Positions 22,401-24,351 of a stretch of DNA of 24,351 nucleotides are shown piece by piece. How positions within the stretch are numbered: position 1 is the first letter of the stretch; every line of letters starts with the position of its first letter. The DNA is from Elusimicrobiota bacterium. GTDB lineage: Bacteria > Elusimicrobiota > Elusimicrobia > UBA1565. The notes under the pieces were generated by a model, which ran no database searches, was not told the DNA's origin, and saw only the letters and a list, made by a program, of their open reading frames with translations. A program made the position numbers and the translations under genes. The stretch spans positions 1-24,351 of the forward strand of contig JBDREN010000156.1 of assembly GCA_043819795.1 (NCBI GenBank), read 5' to 3'.

Positions 22401-23328
22401 GGCGATGAGCGTGGTCCTGAAGGGGAAGGCGGAGGTGACGGGCGCGATCACCGAGGGCGAGACGCCGGTGCTGGCCGAGCCGATCGACATCGACGTTCTG
22501 GAGCCTCTGGCCTTGGCGGTGAGCGCGACGTCGACGATCCCGGAGGAGTTCATGTCGGAGGGCGGGATCCTGATCAACGGCGGGCAGACGCTGGTCTTGG
22601 ACGCGGGGACGTACGTTGTGGACCGGCTGCACGTGAACAGCGGGAGCTCGCTGGAGACGAACGGGACGGTGAACATCCTGGTGCGCGGCGAGGTGCGGAT
22701 AAGCGGCGGCGGGATGCTGAACGTGACGGGCGAGGCGACGGACCTGGTGGTGTTCACGAGCACGTCTCAGCCGATCCACTTCTCGGGCGGGGCGCTGGCG
22801 CTGGGGGTGTTCTACGGCCCGCACGGGCGCCTTGAGATCGCGGGCAACTCGCGGGTCGGCGGCCACCTCTTCGGGAAGACGGCGAAATTCACCGGGACGT
22901 CGAACACTGTGGAGATAGGCGACAGCCTGCCGGACGATCTGGCGGACGAGGAGCCCGGGGCCGTTGATGAGAAGGGCAAGGGCAAGGTCGCGGCCGCGCC
23001 GGCCGGCGCGGACCCGACCTTCACCCTGCGCGACCTCTACGTGTTCCCGAACCCGGCGGTGGGCGGTGCGGTGCCCACGATCCACGTGGCGGTGGGGATC
23101 GCGGACAAGGTGACGCTGCGGATCTACAACATCGCGGGCCAGCAGGTGCACCAGGCGACGATGGAATCCACGCCGCCCGTGCTCGACGACGGAAGCGGGC
23201 CCAAGTACGCCTACGAGTACGCTTGGGAGGGGCACATCCCGAGCGGGGTCTATCTCTACACGATGGTGGCGGAGAAGTCAGGCGAGGGGAGCATCCGCAA
23301 GGCCGGCAAGTTCGCGGTGGTCCGCTGA
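4456..23328 (+). CDS. Giant (~6290 aa) secreted multidomain surface protein, putative adhesin
   Basis: Uninterrupted 18.9-kb ORF. The ATG at 4456 is preferred over 4411 because GGAGG lies at 4446-4450 and a signal peptide follows directly (MKNNHLSAFPFILVAAFLAGGASLRA). Recognisable extracellular repeat domains run along most of its length. Confidence 0.95.
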   Translation: MKNNHLSAFPFILVAAFLAGGASLRAAVISTCQDLKNMDCGQSHQLAADIDGSCLDAPLCRNGYSQVFDGQGHTVSGITIDLSGSNTGGLFATLRTGGKIMNLGVRDVTIRNAQNGAGLVGSLYAGSAVERCFADRVKISGTGSQFGGLVGFTRGRITESYATNVRITKYGQDYDSAAAGGLTGYCTGGCVIERSYAEGFLVGTKEMGGLTGMVWQPGPNIIEDSYAVVDVDGSRYLGGLIGKLYYTPDNPYWTIKNSYAGGSITASQWSIGPVCGNPGSLQGENTHGPSCGSTSCTPGPELKSQSTYAGWDFTNTWAIHEGVSYPYLRWQNLPPCTDADGDGRNAEGSACGHQDNCPGVSNPGQEDQDIDFLGDACDPTPCGQYANMSGGACQCEAYHADTDGSWETGCEDPDSDGDTVGDSVDNCPNTANTGQADTDGSGTGDACNSASDPDADEFESGWTAACKGGQNTGCADNCPDAANPSQADTDGSGIGDACNAAQDPDGDEYEDLYDNCPTVQNPAQNVEVCRPVVVINSITQDGGAYLEVDAEISDPNGDPLSGEVSVFTGGAVTPATMDQESPHLEVENGNYITRQHWDAFGDFGGPLVDNSCSPHSFYGGDSCITSKGGTMTSLHLEFACEPCDTATAFMDYFAPRDTCNVYSWEMSGRDMCLRSKETGDTFDYIILSWGDNGKPIKLVPGPVEAVVLDAANPHLVLEDGNYVVRQHWDPYNYAAGPLVDNSCSSHSFWDGDSCIASKGGTMTSQHFEFACEPCDSATQFMDYFAPKDTCGMDASEIGGRDICIRSKSSGAKFAYVVLGWNNPGENEGAIKLLDPQSGVQTLATLSYSGTLQGSLDLAAAGLVSGGNYSLKITADDGKAAVEGSATEEFLYQGESFLVFGIPNRAPVLAPVLEEWAQRYNGPLDGPDYGYAVTADASGNVYVTGGSPGPTGNWDYATIKYDAGGNQLWAARYDGTAFYADFGLAIEVGASGSVYVTGKSGGAGSGQDYVTIKYDAGGNELWVARYNGPGNRDDEAAAMALDAAESVYVTGSSRESDNLDDYATVKYDTNGNQLWVARYEGTPSGSDQAQALAIDDSGNVYVTGRSRGTDAGDDYATIKYDANGNQLWVARYDGPAGADDYAKGIAVDGSGNVCVTGVSPGNGSNRDYATVKYDAGGNQLWAARYNGPGSIPGNSIDEATGIAVDGLGNVYVTGDSYSTGANYDYTTLKYDPDGNELWMARYNGPADFSDYAAAIAVDDSGSVYVTGHSWGGGTADDCVTVKYDPGGNEAWVARYNGAASGYDWGRAVFVDGPGNVYVTGQSAGTGTQDDYATVKYFQQADAATDKGVPVTITLRGFDPDGDALTFQIMSYPAGGSLSGVTQLTPASAQVTYTPNSGFSGQDSFSFKVNDGELDSNVLAMPVTVNEGNTAPVAVADSYATDEDTTLAPVGSVGPDSTIQSVAGNGSQGYSGDGGPATGAALRFPNDVAIDADGNVYIADANNHRVRKVDAGGTITTYAGTGSAGYSGDGGPATSARLASPVALALDAAGDLYIAEVGNKRIRKVVAQTGFITTVAGNGATGFSGDGEPAASASFNGPSGLAFDAAGNLYIGDLNNHRVRRVTPAGIIDTFAGSGPDGIGAGGFGGDGGPATAARLNQPLGVAFDAAGNLYIADATNRRIRRVDPGGTIMTVAGDGTTGFSGDGGPATDASLNIPSHVAVDGAGNVFIADMANNRIRVLAPDGTISTVVGDGTTAFSGDGGPAGSASLSNPHGIAFDAAGDLYIADYSHQRIRKVDAPLGTVLANDTDADGDSLTAALVDDVSHGSLTLNADGSFAYTPAQDYSGTDSFTYKANDGAADSDPATVTLTVNPVNNPPVADDQDVVTNEDTPVAITFGATDPDSDPLTFEIASGPSHGALSEIDGDQVTYTPGGDYSGSDSFTFKANDGELDSEPATVALTVEAINDPPVLAELPDLTLDEDTAIHPGLNDLLDFASDADSSADGLEFRIVNMQDVIDALGLSDGSTGGEADIPAVTIGEDPDSGEFALRGDGQAHGNTFHVHPRRELSGSVTVTVEARDDGGAVSEPRSFTLTINPVNDPPVADDRSVVTNEDTPASITLTASDEDSAALGYTLLTQPTKGTLTGTPPDLTYTPGDNENGSDSFTFKANDGTTDSNEATVSISITPVNDLPMAADDAYETDEDAALTVSEPSAGLLADDTDAEGDSLTASLAVDVSHGTLELNADGTFTYTPARDYNGEDSFTYKANDGQDDSEPATVTLTINAIEDAPVAADGSVTTEEDTESGPIALDAEDADGDPISFELKGCPAHGTLRDSAGAAVGCVGSGMVALYSFDEGSGATSADGSGNGNDGAVSGSPGWTSGMAGGALEFSGDDQITVPHSASLGMTEALSVETWVRPTGYSSCYDTLRVVYKFSTDGRWDGWNLDIKCGTGLLRVELVDTVGKRYLYYSDRPVPENVFSHVAFTWDGDAVKFYIDGEPAGETPTTFGPIPAHTGPMIIGKIPWTAYRGVIDELAVYDRALGPEEVAARFNAPGAGFATTVTPPLTYTPGADYNGPDSFSFVGNDGKADSNEATVAITVNAVNDPPVAADASVTTDEDAPAAITLSASDVESPSLDYTVLTQPEHGTLSGTAPDLTYTPDADYNGSDSFTFKANDGEADSNEATVSISVTPVNDAPAARDGSIATDEDTESGPIALEADDVDGDALSFYMGSCPAHGTLKDAGGAAVDCAGSAMPAGLVALYSFDEGSGMTAADGSGNGNDGSISGSPVWAGGVAGGALQFSGDDQITVPHSESLGMTEAVSVETWVRPDTYSCGDTYRIIYKFSTDGRWDGWNLDLKCSSGLLRVELVDMAGKRYLYYSDRPVPVNVFSHVAFTWDGGSVKFYIDGEPAGETATAFSSIPAHTGPMIIGKIPWTAYRGVVDELGVYDRALSPEEVAARYDNPGAGFAPPLDPPLSYMPEADFGGSDFFTFTARDGSAESTAGTWQITVTPVNDPPVAYGQQLTTDEDAPAAITLSASDPEQDVISYFIVPGPAHGTLSGTAPDLTYTPDLNYNGQDSFGFKAADTPAALPEGLAHYWNFDDGTARDLAGSNHGTLHGAAPAASGRVGGAMSFDGSSHIDVGTIGDGPSLTISAWIKSDGTGQDQEIMAQGSWGSGTWQTWLVPWGSAGTAFGVGGPGTYGGPDLTDGQWHQVVGVYDDSDSSQTLYVDGQHVITTVRGYTASPRQTYIGSRPGYSKNFNGLIDEVAVYARALSPEDIQQAYQDGSQNIGLLYDLSTSVASIEVTILPVNDAPVAQSQAVQTDEDVSVAIVLAAEDPDGDPFDYALGDPPSHGTLSGDLPELTYTPAPDYNGSDSFTFTASDDSLGSEPATVSVSVASVNDLPVAEGQQVTTDEDTPVAFTLGASDADGDPLEFTVTEPGHGTLSGTAPDLTYTPDLDYNGPDSFEFQADDGRPPHGMVHYWNFDDGTARDLAGSNHGTLYGAAPSASGRVGGAMSFDGGSHIDVGTIGDGPSLTISAWIKSDGTGQDQQIIAQGSWGSATWQINLVPWGSGATAFGVGGSGLYGGPDLTDGQWHQVVGVYDDPSSRQTLYVDGQQIATEVRGYASGPRGTYIGSRPGATKYFNGLIDEVVIYARAMSAEEVQGAYQNGSNGVGPYPSPNPATVTLTIEPVNDPPVADDLQVTTDEDTDALIALTGSDVEGAGLSFSIASLPGEGKLFQSTAQGQRGAEITAAGPVTDSGGRVIYAPPQDANGGSFEPGSEPFTEFAYTANDGGADSAGATAGIVVNPVNDPPVAYGRQLTTDEDIPVAVTLSASDAEQDAISYFVSPGPAHGTLSGTAPELTYTPDLNYNGQDSFGFMAADRPGVLPEGLVHYWPFDDGTARDLAGSKHGTINGAAPVPVGRVGGAMSFDGNSHIDVGMIGDGPSLTISAWFKTTGTAYSQEIIAQGPWNSQTWQVLLKGRRGAIEFGSGGATQAGPILSDGQWHHIAGVYDDSSSAQKLYVDGQYLNAINRSFTAGPKQTYIGSRPGTTMNWTGLIDEVAVYSRALSAPEIQQAYQDGSQGIGLPLDGNTSVATIDLTILPVNDAPVARSQTVQTDEDVPVSIVLSAEDPEGDSIDYALGQPPIHGTLSGDMPELTYTPAPDYNGSDSFTFTASDGSLGSEPATVSVSIAPVNDLPVPDDQQVTTDEDTPVAITLSASDVDGDPIEFAVVSEPGHGTLSGTAPDLTYTPDPDYNGQDSFGFEAMDRAGVPPEGMVHYWSFDDGTARDLAGANDGTMNGAVSTPSGRVGGAMSFDGNSYIDVGMIGDGPSSTISAWFRTTGTAYSQEIIAQGPWNSQTWQVLLKGRQGAIEFGSGGATQAGPSLSDGEWHHIAGVYDAGDSGQKLYVDGQHLRTITRSFSASPRQTYIGSRPSTTMNWTGLIDEVAVYARALSAAEIQQVYQDGLNGVGPLAAANWNQATIALTVDPVNDAPVADDLRVATDEDTDARITLTGSDVEGSGLSFSIASLPGGGKLYQSTAHGERGAEITAAGTQVTDSGGRVIYAPPQDANGGSFAPGSDPFTEFVYTANDGAADSAGATVGIVVVPVNDPPTQPGKPTVVKAVTNEASHEVSWLSSTDIDSNTIYYRVYMSHNGGNFLLVTAPTLMTKYVNGNLLEGTYEYQVEAVDDAGGASPRAASDPAIVDRTPPIVSVGAPPDGMKTASPDVAARVDYFDPGGDLANLISRWSGEGDYRDSAGANDGTPGGSVSFDAGRAGQGFRLRNSGGVRAVGEYPVAQANEITMMGWIKLDTHSGYSGLVSSEGCCQYRILVSPDHRLFYNAGTHIDIPVGPALALGEWHHAAMTIRGGQTAKIYLNGELIHESEQGVPAQLPPLTTVLLGVGENIGTHGIEDGMVDEVEVYSRALTDEEVRVRYEDHPLGVVASGMDTATLAVTRNGQDVTGEFTAGGAAASAQFLGLPDGEYALSASVSDLATNQGASAPVKFTVDTTPPTITLTAPLAGQQFIATQNTIPIGFSVADNLDPSPQVVRAQLMLEEARSGAPGKEQGPVDVTSGQAPIEPLSLQAGLWKLSVTAADWVGNQRTEVTPDPYFEVIHDIKPPRTTVTIAEPRYPPEPAPGDPEPELVYLTGATFVIASSTDDLVTVGDNAGLGVATQTIKVGGNVRFEYRNPSPAVGESFVKSFQLGDVDGPLTLLAEAEDVLGKMETGQALSLHMDNLAPVMGHTFSAEPVVRAPKNEKWFAAAFQIIWEANDGTGSGVAHLDGPTDVTDDAFDAPYTGRSADNVDNERTLTVRVNLDTIAPVVDAGGDVTVEEGVEVEFSGTVTDNLDEVAQYGWTFGDGGIADQEPKPTHTYLDEGIYEVTLTATDHAGHTTSDSLTVTVLNAAPVVTSAAAEPQPVGEGSALTITAAFTDLGILDTHAAEIDWGDNTTSAASLTDEGGSGSLTAEHVYADDGIYTVRVTVSDDDGDSGEATLDVTVDNAAPTIEAGADQAVDEGGVISLAPSTFHDQGTLDTHTETINWGDTTPTEAGVVSESPFGPPGDTAGANGTISGIHVYADNDTYTVTVCVKDDDNAEQCDALTATVNNVAPTMEAGTDKIAAADGRLIVGGGIPVRNMDVWRLGQSGLQSVVIGPEEPVTAPPIMFHDQGTLDTHGVLIEWGDDTSDAAVVTESPSGPPGLTAGADGIARAQHQYTANGIYPLKATVTDDDGGSVFGGYSVTVDVVPPATMISHSGNVSADSGIPAQATVFLDADAMNALSAEDPVDNEIAFGVQWTFRRDLSFEGSDSTYTVHEEAFSLAEEGVHILEYFSVDKRGNEETHKLITIGVDHTPPIPALEVGDPKYLAFGLTFIEPETPITLSAEDPVTSDVASGVDRITYRIDGGELQTYTEPFPLEPGTHIIDYGAVDKVENERRETFAVAVANYEFHLTGVYQVDGTGTSDIKGLVQSNGLVDLGGSNRVDGDVTAMSVVLKGKAEVTGAITEGETPVLAEPIDIDVLEPLALAVSATSTIPEEFMSEGGILINGGQTLVLDAGTYVVDRLHVNSGSSLETNGTVNILVRGEVRISGGGMLNVTGEATDLVVFTSTSQPIHFSGGALALGVFYGPHGRLEIAGNSRVGGHLFGKTAKFTGTSNTVEIGDSLPDDLADEEPGAVDEKGKGKVAAAPAGADPTFTLRDLYVFPNPAVGGAVPTIHVAVGIADKVTLRIYNIAGQQVHQATMESTPPVLDDGSGPKYAYEYAWEGHIPSGVYLYTMVAEKSGEGSIRKAGKFAVVR
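4540..5448 (+). other. N-terminal GLUG-motif domain of the giant protein
   Basis: LAADID, FDGQGHTVSGITI, GLF, repeated GGLVG/GGLTG/GGLIG motifs, and the typical closing motif TYAGWDFTNTW..YPYL. Confidence 0.8.
5461..6030 (+). repeat. Thrombospondin type 3-like Ca-binding repeats with an embedded Cys-rich module
   Basis: Four DNCP motifs (5518, 5728, 5881, 5995), three of them completed as DNCPxxxNxxQxDxDxxxxGDAC. Confidence 0.88.
6175..6951 (+). repeat. Tandem pair of an unrecognised ~130-aa domain with six conserved Cys
   Basis: Period 393 nt (PHL at 6199 and 6592). Shared RQHWD, GPLVDNSCSxHSF, GDSCIxSKGGTMTS, EFACEPCD, FMDYFAPxDTC and GRDxCxRSK. Confidence 0.9.
7198..8463 (+). repeat. SBBP-like beta-propeller, 8 repeats of ~53 aa
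   Basis: Eight copies of WxARYxG...DxxGNVYVTG...DYATxKYDxxGNxL; the last ends at KYF. Confidence 0.88.
8821..9837 (+). repeat. NHL beta-propeller (teneurin-like bacterial type), 6 repeats
   Basis: Six copies of IxTVAGxG..GFSGDGGPA..A.L..P..VA.DxxGNLYIAD..NxRIRxV. Confidence 0.9.
11482..19251 (+). repeat. Seven LamG/concanavalin-like jelly-roll domains in four sequence subtypes
   Basis: Approximate spans 11482-12099, 12715-13329, 13723-14295, 14875-15447, 16114-16680, 17269-17835 and 18670-19251. Each has a GLVxxW/YxFD-like start, TISAW/SVETW, WHH/FSH, LYVDG/FYIDG and GxIDEVxVYxRAL. Confidence 0.9.
13480..18267 (+). repeat. Intragenic tandem duplication of ~2.39 kb (13480-15870 and 15871-18267)
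   Basis: Both units begin GTCAACGACCCGCCGGTGGCGTACGGCC and share the order split-Ig(LamG), Ig, split-Ig(LamG), long Ig variant (QSTAxGxRGAEITAAG..QDANGGSF). Lengths are 2391 and 2397 nt. Confidence 0.92.
18271..20394 (+). other. Fibronectin type III domain followed by DxTPP-type bacterial Ig-like domains
   Basis: PPTQPGKP..VSW..YRVY..GTYEYQVEAVDDAG is FN3-like. Ig units then start at DRTPP, DTTPP, DIKPP and DNLAP. Confidence 0.7.
20395..21669 (+). repeat. Four PKD-like domains
   Basis: WTFGDG, IDWGD, INWGD and IEWGD, each followed by HxYxxxGxYxVxxxxxD-like motifs. Units start near 20395, 20653, 20944 and 21262. Confidence 0.85.
21670..22920 (+). other. Two OmpL47-type Ig-like domains followed by a Gly-rich beta-solenoid domain
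   Basis: DVVPP..EGVHILEYFSVDKRGNEE and DHTPP..SGVDRITYRIDGG..YTEPF..GAVDKVENE. Then periodic hydrophobic/Gly strands (GTYVVDRLHVNSGSSL, GVFYGPHGRLEIAG) at ~22285-22920. Confidence 0.6.
23011..23325 (+). other. C-terminal domain resembling a T9SS type-A (Por secretion) sorting domain or FlgD-like Ig domain
   Basis: YVFPNP, TLRIYNIAGQQV, W..IPSGVYLY and terminal KFAVVR, preceded by a low-complexity linker (22921-23010). Confidence 0.8.
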
Positions 23329-23414
23329 GCGCCGGGGGCTCTTGATAAGGTAAAATCTCAGCCACATCCGGCGCATGTCGCCGGAGGCTGATTTTGTTTC
23401 CCGGGACCGAGGCG

Positions 23415-24077
23415 ATGAAGCATCAGATGACCGGCAAGCGCGGGGAGGTCTGGAGCATGCGGCTCTCCGCTCTGGGCGTCATGCTGTCCGTCGCGGGGAT
23501 CCTGGTCCTGATCGTCCCGTCTTTGAGGGCGGGCACGCCGTGGCATATCGCGGGTTTTCTGATCTATGGGTTCGGCCTCATCAGCGTGTTCGGCGCCAGC
23601 GCCCTCCATCACGGGTACGAGGGCTCGGAAAGGGCCAATTTCGTCCTCCGCCAGATCGACTACAGCGCGATCCCCATCATGATCGCCGGGACCGCGACGC
23701 CGTTCTGCCTGATCCTTCTGCGGAACTCCTTTGGCTGGACCGTGCTGGCGGTCTTCTGGGTGCTGGCCTTGTTCCTGATCGTGCTGAAGAACACGTGGCC
23801 GAACGTCCCCAGGTGGCTGATCACCTCTCTATTCCTGGGCATGGGGTGGATGGGTGTCCTCCTGGCCGATCCCCTCGTGCGCCATACGGGCTGGACCGGC
23901 GTCATCCTCGCGGTCGCGGGCGGCTTGTTCTACTCGGTGGGCGCCTTGATCTTCCTTCTTGAAAAAGACGGCGTGCCGCGGGGCCGGTTCGGCTTGCATG
24001 ATGTTTGGCATCTGTTCGTCCTGGCGGGCACGGCCACCCATTTCTTCCTCGTCTATCGCTATCTGCTGCCCGTTTAG
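23415..24077 (+). CDS. Hemolysin III / PAQR family membrane protein (YqfA/TrhA-like)
   Basis: About 7 hydrophobic segments, with SALHH, IDYSAIPIMIAGTATP, GGLFYSVGA and HDVWHLFVLAG. Start is uncertain: TTG 23394, ATG 23415 or ATG 23427. Confidence 0.92.
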   Translation: MKHQMTGKRGEVWSMRLSALGVMLSVAGILVLIVPSLRAGTPWHIAGFLIYGFGLISVFGASALHHGYEGSERANFVLRQIDYSAIPIMIAGTATPFCLILLRNSFGWTVLAVFWVLALFLIVLKNTWPNVPRWLITSLFLGMGWMGVLLADPLVRHTGWTGVILAVAGGLFYSVGALIFLLEKDGVPRGRFGLHDVWHLFVLAGTATHFFLVYRYLLPV

Positions 24078-24108
24078 CGGCGACGGGTCCCGTCCCAGGC
24101 CCGGATTC

Positions 24109-24139
24109 AGCGCCTCAAGCGTTTTGCGCTTGAGGCGCT
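24109..24139. terminator. Perfect 13-bp stem-loop after the hemolysin III gene; possible terminator or REP-like element
   Basis: AGCGCCTCAAGCG-TTTTG-CGCTTGAGGCGCT. No clear U-tract follows. Confidence 0.5.
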
Positions 24140-24163
24140 TACACCTCTGGACCATTAAGACCT

Positions 24164-24186
24164 GTCGTCCGCCGTTGGCGGACGAC
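24164..24186. repeat. Perfect 10-bp stem-loop
   Basis: GTCGTCCGCC-GTT-GGCGGACGAC. Confidence 0.7.
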
Positions 24187-24351
24187 CTATTCCTGATAAC
24201 TCAGTGGAGCAAGCGACCGGTCGGCGCTCCGCGTGACCGGCGCTGACTCCCCCCCCGCCCGGTGACATTTTAGATGGCGCGAACAGGAAAATCGAAAGTA
24301 GATTTTGATTGACGGGGCTTAGGCGGATCCGGCGGATCTTTCCCGGATCCG

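Noticed and set aside
4342..23365. Long antisense and alternate-frame ORFs over the giant gene (e.g. 15985..19257, 8071..10632, 4342..6360, 19687..21465)
   Set aside because: Arg/Val/Gly/Pro-rich shadow ORFs expected from high GC3 codon bias. No domain motifs.
23415..24077. Hemolysin III as a toxin partnered with the adhesin
   Set aside because: The family is widespread and mostly linked to membrane homeostasis. The name alone is not evidence of a functional link.
24196..24270. tRNA-like sequence (AACTCAGTGGAGC resembles a D-arm)
   Set aside because: No TTCGA T-loop, acceptor stem or cloverleaf could be built.

Overview
GC-rich bacterial window. About 78% of it is one intact giant gene (4456-23328, ~6290 aa) encoding a secreted, modular surface protein or adhesin. 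Its domain order is: signal peptide, GLUG domain, thrombospondin type 3 repeats, two copies of an unrecognised 6-Cys domain, an 8-repeat SBBP propeller, a 6-repeat NHL propeller, 17 cadherin-like/Big_9 units, 7 LamG domains, FN3, Ig and PKD domains, a beta-solenoid, and a C-terminal domain resembling a T9SS type-A sorting signal. The most unusual feature is that ten putative ligand-binding modules are inserted inside loops of Ig-fold stalk domains, not between them, suggesting a rod with side-mounted heads. Within a 2.4-kb tandem duplication, the LamG cores pair differently from their flanking scaffold, which suggests gene conversion or cassette exchange. Codon usage also shifts within the gene. 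Flanking genes are tdh, a secreted hypothetical protein, a 37-codon signal-peptide-only remnant, a divergent nagA-nagB operon and a hemolysin-III/PAQR membrane protein followed by several hairpins. The C-terminal domain and the hypothetical protein look Elusimicrobiota-like to me; this is recall-based inference. I saw no RNA genes, CRISPR arrays or mobile elements. All domain names come from motif recognition by eye, not database searches.
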